Positions 46,634 through 58,114 of a stretch of 64,000 nt of DNA are shown one piece after another. The notes below the pieces were generated by a model. It saw nothing but the letters and a program-made list of their open reading frames with translations, was not told the DNA's origin and made no database searches. This DNA is from Azolla caroliniana (taxonomy: Eukaryota; Plantae; Polypodiophyta), in NCBI GenBank assembly GCA_043228905.1, contig JBHGNT010000018.1, positions 4,526,001 to 4,590,000 of the forward strand, in the 5' to 3' direction. Both the position numbers and the translations under genes were made by a program. The first letter of the stretch is position 1; every line of letters starts with the position of its first letter.

Positions 46634-46855
46634 TAACTTGATCACATGTGTAGTTGCACTATCATTTTCATGCGACCATACTGTATCCTTCAGGCAACTC
46701 TCATAGCCAAGTTTTTGCAAAACATAAGATAAGAATATCTCAAAGTTAACTTGATCACATGTGTAGTTGCACTATCATTTTCATGCGACCATACTATATC
46801 CTTTGGGCAACTGTCATAGCCAAGCTTTTGCAAAACATAAGATAGAATATCCTCA
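46634..46855. repeat. 113-bp tandem duplication
   Basis: TAACTTGATCACATGTGTAGTTGCAC starts at 46634 and 46747. Confidence 0.9.
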
Positions 46856-49197
46856 GTGACCCACTGTGAGCATACTACATAGTACAAATTGTACATGTGT
46901 TTAGTAAAGTTTATAAATGTTGGTTTTTGTTTTGCATTTGTCAAGATTTCAAACATCTCTTATTTACTCTGGAAACATGACAAATCAAACCATTAACACC
47001 CAAATCTTGACAAACACATTATTCTAATAGTGCATGTATATTGATTTGAAAATAAATACATATTATAACATTATTTAATTAGAGCCCAAATCTTGACTAA
47101 TGAACTTTGCACCATATATTGATTAATCAACATTTCCCTAATCAACATTTACCTAAATCTTTAGTTTTTTTATCAATTGAGAAAAAAAAATTGGGTCATT
47201 TAAAGAATGCCATTTGTGACACTTTATCACGTACCACATAAAAAGAGTGTCGGCTGGGGAATTAATTCCTTTATTTTATCATATGGCGAGTATATCTCCA
47301 TCAAAGCATGTGTTGCACGTTATCTTTCGAGAAGATAAGAGAAGCCCATGTTATTGATTCTTATTCTAAATGATGGTCTTAAAATGTTCATATTGTGACT
47401 CACAACCTTTACTTGAATGCTACTTTTTCTATGTTGATTCTCTTTACAATATTAACTTGTGTACCATGTTCCATTTTTTAGGTAGTTCATTTTATTACCA
47501 CTTGACCACATTCATTAGGAGATTCTATAAAACCATCCAATTTTTAAAAAATGACCAAGACGTCATTTGTTAAACCATCCTTAATTTGGGAACTTACCAA
47601 AATGCCACATGTTAAATCATTCGAAATTTACTGAAATGCAATTGGTAGACAATAGATATGTCAAGATTTCAATGGGATGCTTGACACTTGTGTGTGGTGA
47701 TTCAATCATTACTAAGGGATAATTGATGCTCAAATTGAGGGGTTTGGATTTGAATTATAATCGGATTGAATGATATTAGTGTTGAATTGCACATGATTAG
47801 TATTGGATTAGGTTAGTATTGAGATTACTAGTGGTTGACTGCTTGTTTTTTTTTCCTTGAAAGATTTTCTTTAGTAGTATTAAAAATGCCCAAAGGCAAC
47901 AACTTGAACTTATTGTTACCGTACGAGACGTACGTGTGATTGATAAGTGTGATAAGTGAGGGCGAAAGATGTAATGTGTATGTGTAATGTTATACGATTA
48001 TGAGTGTGAATGTGGTGGATACAAAGAGGTGTGAGTTTGTGACTAGGTGTGAATGGCCAAAGGTCTTACACCCTTGTGTATCTAACCCTTTGTACCTATT
48101 TAACCCCTTATGGGGAATGAATGAATACAATAACCATTTATCTCTCAATCTCTCTTCCCTCTTACGTTGAACCCCCTTGAGAATGGCTCCACCCCCCACC
48201 CCTCAACGCTTGTCAACATCTTCACATCATGTCATTCATCATCTTCACTATTACATGACGTCTATCTTCATCATCAATCATCATCATAATAATATATTAA
48301 CCCTAACCCTAAAAACGTATAACGCCTTTTGGCGACCACTAAGGCGACACCCTTTTGAAGACGAAGTCGAAGATTAATACGCGGCAAAGACATGGCAATG
48401 ACGAAATGTGAAAGAAATGGTGATGGTGGTTGAAGCCGTCGAGGAATGCAACAAGGTGATGTTGTGCGCAAGGAAGATGAAGAATGTTACGTGGTGATGA
48501 TCTGCAAGAAATGGAATTGATGACAATGTGCAACAAATGGCGACCATGATGTGCATAAGAAGCAGGAAATGGTAGATTGATTGCCGAAACGATTGTGTAG
48601 TGAACTAACGAGGAATGGCAACAACATGTACAAGTGTACGAGAAATGGGAATGAAAATGCCAAATTCATTGTTGCACGATTTTGCTGCAAACTAATGTCT
48701 TTTCGAGTGTGTTTTGTTGGTTTTTCTTCGGTCTATTTGGCATAGATCTAATTGCAAAAGAGAAGAGAAAGCAATGAGAAGGATGGGGTCCAAAGAAAAA
48801 ACGAAAAGGTGATCAGAATGAACATAGATACGAGACAGAAAAGAAACAGACAAACGGCTGGAACGAACATCGGCCAAGAAGAGTGACGGCCAGATAGTGA
48901 CCAAGAAGAGCTACGATGGAATGACGCCCACAGAGCCAGAGAAGATGAACAAAGACGGGAGTAGCCAAACTGACTGCTAGAAAACCGGCCGGTACGGACC
49001 GGAATGAGCCGGACTAAGACGACTCAATGGCTAGAACAACGATATCGACAGAGGAGAGGCTGGAGAAACGTCAACCGGAGAGCGACCAAAGAGCGGTCGT
49101 AGTGGTTGAACGGCGCCGAAACGTAGAATGAAAGATGAAAACATTACAATGGCTCTAGCCATGATGACCTATGAAAACCACAAAGGAGAACAATTAC

Positions 49198-49456
49198 TTC
49201 AATGCCATTATGAGCAATTCCTCAAATAATATTGAAATTATCAGTAATGTTTCGTATGATCCATACATGCTCAAGTTTTTACAACAAAACGCTACCTAAT
49301 TGAGGTTACCAGTGGTTGACCGATTGGAGTTGTCTCCATAATTGTGTTACATTTCAATGCCATTATAGGGCAATTCCTCAGAGATAATATTAGTATTATT
49401 GGTAATATTTCGTATAATTCATACATGCTCAAGTTTTTACAACAAAAACGCTACTT
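49198..49456. repeat. Two direct copies of a unit of about 100 bp
   Basis: TTCAATGCCATTAT...CATACATGCTCAAGTTTTTACAACAAAA...CGCTAC occurs near 49198 and 49353. Confidence 0.8.
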
Positions 49457-51631
49457 AGTGCCCATTATTTACATTTAATGCTTTGCGCTCCCTCTCATCA
49501 ATTATTTTTATTGTGGTGAAAATACACACATTAATTGCTTGTGAAAAACACAAGAATGTTAGTACACCTAAATTCCTCACATTGCTAAATGGGTGGTGAG
49601 ACATGTCGAAGTACCAACATGTAAGAAGATCACTCTTCTCCGAGAGAATTTCCACTTGATCCAATAAACAAAATTGTCACCTCAATATTGTCTTTAACTT
49701 CTAACATGTTCGCGTTCACAAGTGGAAGGATCGCGCATAAATGGAAGGATAAGGACTATTTTGGTTGATTTTAGGGCTTTTTCAATGATTTTACAAAACA
49801 CATTGATACCAGTATCATACATGTTCAAATATACTATGAAAAAGGTTAAAAATCCACTATTTTCGTGATTTAGAAGTAAATAAAAAAAGAGAAATTTCAA
49901 AAAGTTAAATTCTCAATTTATATCACAAACTTTACAACAAATGTTATTTTATAAGAAACGATTTTTTAGAAATCATAAGAATTCAAAACATATGCTTTTA
50001 TATTACTTGATTTGTTACAAGCGGAATGTAGTTACACTTAATAGCCAAAAATACATTCATGATCACTCCTTTACGGAGAATCATTACTATAACTAATATA
50101 CAATGACGATTCCTCCTCGTCATCCTCAGATGTACCAATCAGTGCATGATCTTCGTCATAAACCAAATGGTTTGACTCTAGATTATATGTAGCAGATCTC
50201 GTTTGCCTTCGACTTGAGCCACCTTGTAGACCTGCTAATTTTTCTTTTATTATATCTATTGTTGACTTCCTTAATCGTCTGACTTTTGTAAGCGTGAAGT
50301 CGTACACGATGATATCCACATCAGAGATATCAAGGGTCGAGGTGTTACGAATGTTTCGCTTCCTCTTCCTACCTCCCCTTGTTGTTGGGCATTCAATCAT
50401 CTCCAAGGTATACTCCCCTTGTTGTTGGTCATCCTTGGTCCCACATAAATGTCTATTTGTTGTGGATGGACCAAATTGTCATTAATCGCATTTGCTGGTT
50501 GCTGCGGAGTTTTATTTACACGATCATGTTGTAGCAACCATGTGAATGGCGTTTCCAAATTCCAATTATCACCAAATACACAATTGTGTATAATTCCTTT
50601 CTGATCACTAAAAAATACATCCCAACATGACGTGTCTTGTTGTGCGGCATATTTCTTGGCGGCCTCAATATGCTTTCTTTTTTCTTCTAAGGCTTGGAGC
50701 CATAACCGTTTTTGTTCCGATACCAAGTCACTATGCAACTGTCCTTTCTTCTCAATTGGCATTTGTTTAGCTCCATGGACAATTGTACACGACATACAAA
50801 GTAATAACTGGCAACCACCTTTAGGTTCCCATGTTGTAGAAGATGAATATTGTTTAGCATACAAAAGCGTAGAACCACTTATTTCATTTTTCTTTATCAT
50901 AAAAATGTGATCGAAGCTTATATTGTTTAACTTGGCGAGCACTTTAACATTCCCAACACCCCCATCTGATATATATCTCTTAAAGTCATATACCTCCTTC
51001 AAGTGTAACACTTTTGGGCGTGGTGTATATGCATCACAAATGACATCAAATAGTTTAGGTAATGTGAAAGCATCATGCCGAGACAACTGTCTAGAGAATG
51101 TGCTAAACATCTGATCTATATGATCATGTGTGTGGCCAACCAAAAGAAAATTGACTTTCACTTTTCTAAACAATCCTTGGTTGACCAACATACTTAGATA
51201 GCCAAACACAATTGAATTTTTGTTCTCTCTTATAGTATTGTCCAATTGAATGTATAGAACAGGGGGGAATGGTTGGCCCCAAGACATCAAAACTTGGCGA
51301 ATCACTGTAACTGTTAGGTTAGGGTCATTGTGAACATTGGGGTATGTAATGAAGACGTGAGGTCCAACTGACCTATTATAAGCCAAGCATCCCACCAAAT
51401 GCATTTGAACAAGGCACTCATCATTGACGTCTTTGGGGAGCCTCCGCATATGCGGTAAGCACGTCTTCTTCAGGTCCATGCCATCTATCATTAAGCACAT
51501 GTATTGTTCGGGCCTCTTCAAACACTTCTCGCCTTCTTTCGTTCTAACGATTGTGCCTCACGATGCTCTTGTAGTAACTTCTTGCTCATATACTTTTCCA
51601 TTGATGTCTTTGCACCTTTAGCCAAACTTTT

Positions 51632-54600
51632 TGTTGGGATTACGGTCCCTTCGAATGGGATGGTCGGATCCGGATGGGACGGTCCCGGTTTCGGTTTCGG
51701 TACCGGATGACGAATGTACCCGGAGAGCGATCCGGATGCAGGGACATATCCGTGAATATGTTTCCTATGGGCCCATGTGGCTACAGTTGTAAATAGCCCA
51801 AAGTCATATAAGTATAAATATGACTTAGGGCAAACAGTTTTACTGTTGCTTCTTATTTTTCTGTTTTTCCACTTTAGAGGAGTGAAGAGGGAGCAGCCGT
51901 GCGAGAGAGAGAGAGATAGAGCGCGAGAGAGGAAGAGGACGACGCCTCTGTGTATTTCCGCCGCCTGTGGCGAGGACAGCGAGCTCAAGGTCGTCGCCTT
52001 GAGCTCGTCATTGTATACTTCTCTTTGTATAGCGTTGTTTGGAGTCTTGTACTCCCGTGGTTTTTTCCCATCTAGGGTTTTCCACGTTAATCCCTGTGTA
52101 ATCGTGTATTTCTCTCTTTTGGTTCCTATTTTCTGCTTCATTGATCCGTAACTACTCGGTTGTGGCCGAGGGAAGAAGGTGAATCGAATCGTTGATTCAC
52201 GACAAATTGGTATCAGAGCGAACTGCTGCAGAAAATGGAAGGCGGCGGCAGCGGGCAGCCGGGGATGATGGTGCTGAATGCACAGAATTACGCCGACTGG
52301 AAGATCAAGATGGAGGATCTTCTGATTGTTCGGGACCTGTACGAACCGATTGACAGGTCGGAAATACCGAAGGGGGTACTTGAGTCGGAGTGGAAGCTCC
52401 TGAACCGGAAAGCCGTAGCGACGATCCGACAATATGTCGATGTAAGCGTCCTACAACATGTGGCGAACGACACCAACGCATATGAAATGTGGAAGAAGCT
52501 GTCGGGCCTCTACGAGAGGAAGAATGCGTTGAACCGGACCTCCCTGATGAGGAAGATTGTGAATCTCAAGTACCGGGACGGCGAGAGTATGGTGGAACAC
52601 GTAAGCACGTTCATGGGATTCGTGAATCAGCTTGCGGCGATCAAGTTCCCGCTGGAGGATGCAATGCAAGCCATCATCCTGATGTGTACATTGCCGGACA
52701 GCTGGGAGAACTTGGTGGTGACTCTCAGCACCTCCTGCACCGAAGATAACTTGTCCTTGCAAACGGTAAAGACAAGTATCTTGAACGAAGAAGCGCGTCG
52801 GAGAGACAAGGAACCGGCCTCCGAACCGAAGATGCTGTTTACCGAATCGGATCGGGGAAGACAATGGAACCGGAGTCCGCAAAGACGGGAGAAGTCGGGG
52901 ACCCGGTCGCAGTCAAGAGGAAGGCCCACATGCTTCCACTGTGGGAAGCCGGGGCACTTCCGAAAGAATTGTCGGCATTACCGAAAAGACAACGGAGCCG
53001 ACGACACCGATTCGAAGAAGTCACCGGAGAGAAACGGTGCATACCGGGGAGCCACGGACCGGAGAGGTTCGGATCGGCGAGGGCAGGACCGGAAAGGAAC
53101 GACGGCACTCGCGGCAAGTGAAGAAGAAATCATGCTCATCACCGAAGAAGGTGAGCTAAACATTGCCGGCGATGAGACGACCTGGGTGGTCGATTCCGGA
53201 GCATCGTTCCACCTGACCCCGGAGAGAAGATACTTCTCATCCTACACAGCCGGTGAGCATGGCTGTGTTCGGATGGGAAACGAAGGTACGTGCCGGATTG
53301 CCGGCATAGGAGATGTGTGGCTGACAACCCCGACTGGATGCAAAATGCTGCTGAAGAATGTCCGACACGTTCCGGAGGTCCGACTGAACCTGATTTCGGC
53401 CGGGAGGCTAGATGGCGAAGGCTACACGGGTAGCATCCAGAACGGCGTAATGAAGTTCAGCAAGGGGAGCCTGATAGTGGCTCGGGCCCGGAAAGACAAC
53501 ACACTGTACCTGATGAATGCCCGGTTATGTCCGGAAGAGCTGAATGTGGCAGCCGACACTGCCGGTGAGCTGTGGCACAAGAGACTGTGCCATATGAGTG
53601 AGAAGGGGATGAAGAGGCTTGCAGAAGACAACCTTATTCCAGTGAAGCATGTGCACCTGGAGAGGTGCACCGACTGTCTGGCCGGTAAGCAAAACCGGAC
53701 CTCCTTCCACTCAAGGCCACCGACGAGACGTAGCGCACCATTGGAGTTGGTGCACACTGATGTGTGTCAGGTAGAAACGAAGTCACATGGCGGAGCCCAG
53801 TACTTCGTAACATTCATCGATGATCATAGCCGAAAACTGTGGACGGCACCGATGAAGACAAAGGACCAAGTGTTGTGCGTCTTCAAAGATCTCCACGCGA
53901 GAGTGGAAAGGGAATCCGGCAAGAAGCTGAAAGCGATACGAGCGGATAACGGAGGGGAATACCGGGGGCAGTTCCAGGAGTACTGTCGCTCGAAGGGAAT
54001 CCGGCTCGAGTTTACTGTGCCGAAGACGCCGGAACTGAACGGGCTGGCCGAGAGGATGAACCGGACCATAATGGAGAGGGTCCGGAGTATGCTGGTGCAT
54101 GCGAAATTACCCAAGGGATTTTGGGCTGAGGCAATGTCGACGGCGACATATGTGATAAACAGATCACCCTCAGTACCTTTGGACGGAGACACGCCGCAGA
54201 GAGTGTGGACCGGTAGGGAAGTATCCTACCGGCATCTGAAGGTGTTCGGGTGTCTCGCATACGTGCATGTGGCAAAGGACCGGAGAGGGAAGCTAGATCC
54301 AAAGACCCGGCCATGCATATTCCTCGGTTACGGCGACGACGAGTTCGGCTACCGAGTATGGGACCCGGTCGACAAGAAGATATTCAGGAGTCGAGACATC
54401 ATCTTCATGGAGGACAAGACACTCGCCGACTTGGAGTCGGAGAAGAAGATGAAGAGCTCCAAGTCGACCGGTGAGGATAAACTCTACGAGGAGCAGTCCC
54501 GACCGGCAAGGGACCGGTTAGCACTCGAGGATCCGGCCGAAGACGGTGAAGAAAGAGAACCGGCCGAGGAAGATGAAAATGATACCGGAACCGTTCCCGA

Positions 54601-56894
54601 TCCCGAAATGGATTCGGATGAAGAAGAAGAATCGGAAGAACCGGTTACCGAAGCTCCGGAACGGAGATATCCTCTAAGAGAGAGAAGGGCCCCCCGGAGA
54701 TTTCCGGAACCAGAGCACGTGCTGCTAACCGACGAAGGGGAGCCGGAGAGCTTTGAAGAAGCAAAGCATGACACCCAGAGCCGCAGGTGGTTGAGTGCCA
54801 TGCAGGACGAGATGGATTCCCTGCATGAGAACCACACATATGAACTTGTGGAGTTGCCGAAAGGAAAACGGGCACTCCGTAACAAGTGGGTGTTCAAGCT
54901 GAAACCGGGAGATGCCGGAAACCCCCCGAGATACAAAGCCAGGATCGTGGTGAAGGGGTTTCAGCAGAAGAAGGGCGTCGACTTCGACGAGATATTTGCC
55001 CCGGTAGTGAAGATGACCTCCATCCGGACGGTGCTGAGCATAGCGGCAAGCATGGACCTCGAGGTAGAACAGATGGACGTGAAGACGGCATTCCTTCACG
55101 GTGACCTCGAAGAAGAGATCTACATGCAGCAACCGGAAGGATTCGAGAAGAAAGGGAAGGAGCACCTGGTATGCCGGTTGAAGAAGAGCCTTTACGGACT
55201 GAAGCAGGCTCCCCGGCAATGGTACCGGAAGTTCGACTCCTTCATGACCGACGAAGGGTACCTCAAAACGCAGTCCGACCACTGCGTGTTTGTGAAGAAG
55301 TTCGAAGGAGGAGACTCTCTAATACTCCTCCTGTACGTGGACGACATGTTGATCGTCGGACGGGACCAGGTCAAGATACGGATGCTGAAGAAGGCTCTTC
55401 ACCGAACCTTCTCAATGAAGGACCTGGGTCCGGCGAGACAAATACTAGGGATGCACATCATCCGGGACCGGAAGAAGAAGCAGTTGTGGCTGTCACAGGA
55501 GAAGTACGTGACGAAGGTGCTTCACCGGTTCAACATGTCGGAAGCGAGACCGGTCGGATCGTCCCTCCCGACAAACTGCAAGCTGTCCAGCAAGCAAAGT
55601 CCCAAGACAAAGGCTGAAAAGGAGGATATGAAGAAAGTGCCGTATGCCTCAGCCGTCGGGAGCTTGATGTACGCCATGGTGTGTACGAGACCGGACATCG
55701 GATATGCAGTCGGAGTGGTGAGCCGGTACATGAGCAATCCCGGTAAAGAGCATTGGAACGCGGCCAAGTGGATACTCCGATACCTGAAGGGCACAGCAAA
55801 CGTGTGCCTCCGATTCGGCTCCGGAAAGCCCGAACTCGACGGCTTTACCGATTCGGATATGTCGGCTGATGCAGATACCAGCCGGTCCACATTAGGGTAT
55901 GTGATGACGTATGCAGGGGGAGCTGTTTCATGGCAGTCGAGGCTGCAGAAGACGGTTGCGCTGTCAACCACGGAGGCGGAGTACATGGCGGCTGTTGATG
56001 CCGGCAAGGAAATAATATGGATGAAGGACTTCATTGGAGAGCTCGGTATCCGGCAGAAGGAGTACCGACTCTACTGCGACAGTCAGAGTGCAATCCACCT
56101 TGCAAAGAACGCGGCCTATCACTCCCGGACGAAGCACATCCAGCGAAGATATCACTGGATCCGGGAAAGGATAGAAGACAAGGAGTTCGTGCTGACGAAG
56201 ATCCACACGGACGAGAACGGGTCGGATATGCTGACCAAGGTGCTCACACCCGACAAGCTGGAAGCATGCCGGAAGAGGATCGGATTGGAGAGACATCCCA
56301 TGCCGAAGTGAAGGGGGAGTTTGTTGGGATTACGGTCCCTTCGAATGGGATGGTCGGATCCGGATGGGACGGTCCCGGTTTCGGTTTCGGTACCGGATGA
56401 CGAATGTACCCGGAGAGCGATCCGGATGCAGGGACATATCCGTGAATATGTTTCCTATGGGCCCATGTGGCTACAGTTGTAAATAGCCCAAAGTCATATA
56501 AGTATAAATATGACTTAGGGCAAACAGTTTTACTGTTGCTTCTTATTTTTCTGTTTTTCCACTTTAGAGGAGTGAAGAGGGAGCAGCCGTGCGAGAGAGA
56601 GAGAGATAGAGCGCGAGAGAGGAAGAGGACGACGCCTCTGTGTATTTTCGCCGCCTGTGGCGAGGACAGCGAGCTCAAGGTCGTCGCCTTGAGCTCGTCA
56701 TTGTATACTTCTCTTTGTATAGCGTTGTTTGGAGTCTTGTACTCCCGTGGTTTTTTCCCATCTAGGGTTTTCCACGTTAATCCCTGTGTAATCGTGTATT
56801 TCTCTCTTTTGGTTCCTATTTTCTGCTTCATTGATCCGTAACTACTCGGTTGTGGCCGAGGGAAGAAGGTGAATCGAATCGTTGATTCACGACA
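51632..56894 (+). mobile_element. Intact full-length Ty1/copia (element F)
   Basis: 573-bp LTRs at 51632-52204 and 56322-56894 with one substitution seen; TSD CTTTT at 51627-51631 and 56895-56899; PBS TGGTATCAGAGC at 52208-52219; PPT at 56310-56319. Confidence 0.98.
52235..56311 (+). CDS. Copia F gag-pol polyprotein, 1358 aa, uninterrupted
   Basis: CFHCGKPGHFRKNC, VDSGAS, WHKRLCH, HTDVC, RADNGGEY, YVDDM, RTKHI. Confidence 0.97.
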   Translation: MEGGGSGQPGMMVLNAQNYADWKIKMEDLLIVRDLYEPIDRSEIPKGVLESEWKLLNRKAVATIRQYVDVSVLQHVANDTNAYEMWKKLSGLYERKNALNRTSLMRKIVNLKYRDGESMVEHVSTFMGFVNQLAAIKFPLEDAMQAIILMCTLPDSWENLVVTLSTSCTEDNLSLQTVKTSILNEEARRRDKEPASEPKMLFTESDRGRQWNRSPQRREKSGTRSQSRGRPTCFHCGKPGHFRKNCRHYRKDNGADDTDSKKSPERNGAYRGATDRRGSDRRGQDRKGTTALAASEEEIMLITEEGELNIAGDETTWVVDSGASFHLTPERRYFSSYTAGEHGCVRMGNEGTCRIAGIGDVWLTTPTGCKMLLKNVRHVPEVRLNLISAGRLDGEGYTGSIQNGVMKFSKGSLIVARARKDNTLYLMNARLCPEELNVAADTAGELWHKRLCHMSEKGMKRLAEDNLIPVKHVHLERCTDCLAGKQNRTSFHSRPPTRRSAPLELVHTDVCQVETKSHGGAQYFVTFIDDHSRKLWTAPMKTKDQVLCVFKDLHARVERESGKKLKAIRADNGGEYRGQFQEYCRSKGIRLEFTVPKTPELNGLAERMNRTIMERVRSMLVHAKLPKGFWAEAMSTATYVINRSPSVPLDGDTPQRVWTGREVSYRHLKVFGCLAYVHVAKDRRGKLDPKTRPCIFLGYGDDEFGYRVWDPVDKKIFRSRDIIFMEDKTLADLESEKKMKSSKSTGEDKLYEEQSRPARDRLALEDPAEDGEEREPAEEDENDTGTVPDPEMDSDEEEESEEPVTEAPERRYPLRERRAPRRFPEPEHVLLTDEGEPESFEEAKHDTQSRRWLSAMQDEMDSLHENHTYELVELPKGKRALRNKWVFKLKPGDAGNPPRYKARIVVKGFQQKKGVDFDEIFAPVVKMTSIRTVLSIAASMDLEVEQMDVKTAFLHGDLEEEIYMQQPEGFEKKGKEHLVCRLKKSLYGLKQAPRQWYRKFDSFMTDEGYLKTQSDHCVFVKKFEGGDSLILLLYVDDMLIVGRDQVKIRMLKKALHRTFSMKDLGPARQILGMHIIRDRKKKQLWLSQEKYVTKVLHRFNMSEARPVGSSLPTNCKLSSKQSPKTKAEKEDMKKVPYASAVGSLMYAMVCTRPDIGYAVGVVSRYMSNPGKEHWNAAKWILRYLKGTANVCLRFGSGKPELDGFTDSDMSADADTSRSTLGYVMTYAGGAVSWQSRLQKTVALSTTEAEYMAAVDAGKEIIWMKDFIGELGIRQKEYRLYCDSQSAIHLAKNAAYHSRTKHIQRRYHWIRERIEDKEFVLTKIHTDENGSDMLTKVLTPDKLEACRKRIGLERHPMPK

Positions 56895-58114
56895 CTTTTA
56901 AGATTTGTACAAATGGAGCAATACCCCATGCGTACTTTACGTGGAATGATAACATTTGAAAACCGAGCTCTCCATAATCTTGTGAATTGGCTATATGTGA
57001 TAGACTTATTACGTGAGCCCACCATATCAGATCGATAGACATCATAAACTTCCTGACGTGTGTAATTATTAGAGAGGTGCATCCTACCTGTAGTGGGAAT
57101 TACTTCACAATTTAATTGAAAGTAACTTTTCATCCAACCAATAGCCTGTCTTCCAATTGCACCTTTCATACTTGGAACCTCTTTACAATTGAGCATCTAA
57201 TCCCCGCTAAGTAAATGTTGTTGTACTCTATGTAGCCGCATGTTACTAACACATAACACAATTTTGAATGCAACTCTACATATTTGTTGCGCATGGAAGA
57301 TATAATACTCGAATGATACTTTGATCCCCGTACATTTGTCAAACACTAGTTGCATATGTGACCCGAGGTAAGTGTCTTGCTCATCACCAGTCATCGAAAA
57401 ATAGTATTGCCTTAATTCTCGCAACTTTGATTTTCCAATCATAGACATACAACCACGAGCACAACATATTGTTTTGACATCAAATCCAATCTGCTTATAT
57501 GATGTCACCAAGTTAAATCTAGCCAGGCGAATTCTTCGTGGGATTCTTCTAATATGCATAGGGCTTCCAGATTTCTCTTGCTGCATAGAAGTTGGTGTAA
57601 CCTTGTTACTATCCAATTCTTTGTTGTGACCATCGCCCATGATATTCGATGTTTTATTGGCACTACCTTCATTCTCCGTATCTTTATTAATATCGTATTC
57701 TTCAATAGAGAACTCTTCACATGTGTCATTATTGACAAGCGTTGTAGGTGAAGATGAGCTCAGACAATATTCTTCGATAGAAAATGGTGAGTCTATCGAC
57801 AGACAATACTCTTCGGTAGAAAACGAAGAGTTTGATGACAAACAATATTCTTCAATCAAGAACGGTGAGTCTTCACTCATGGCTTAAGGTTCACACAGAG
57901 CTCTTTAAGTTATGTGCTTAGGCTAACATAAAAAACTGATAAGCTCCTCTCTAAACATATACTCCTCTCTAAACATAAACTCCTCTCTAAACAAAAGCTC
58001 CCTCAATATAATGTCTATATTATTTAATATTATATTAATACAATAACTAAAAATATTATTTTTAATATAATAATTGTATTCAACATATTAATAATTACTT
58101 AAACTAGTCTGTAT

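Larger units (their letters stand above)
50071..57880 (-). pseudogene. Sola-like / DUF7869-type transposase pseudogene, interrupted by copia F
   Basis: IDGMD, LYIQLDNT.RENKN, FLLVGHTHDHIDQMFS; CSICTNLK|SLAKG rejoins when the copia is removed; in-frame TAG at 57197-57199; frameshifts near 51530 and 50400. Family assignment is from motif recall. Confidence 0.75.

Noticed and set aside
47170-49200. Termini of the Sola-like element or a Mutator-like TIR
   Set aside because: Scattered AAAATGCC-type motifs and low-complexity sequence, but no matching TIR pair or TSD could be established.
51518-52432. 304-aa minus-strand ORF (and the 195-aa twin at 56244-56831)
   Set aside because: Mostly antisense LTR sequence of copia F joined by chance to about 35 aa of transposase; no recognisable domain.
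52288-56400. Many overlapping antisense and alternate-frame ORFs in GC-rich copia elements (also in B and D)
   Set aside because: Expected shadow ORFs of GC-rich coding DNA; no motifs.
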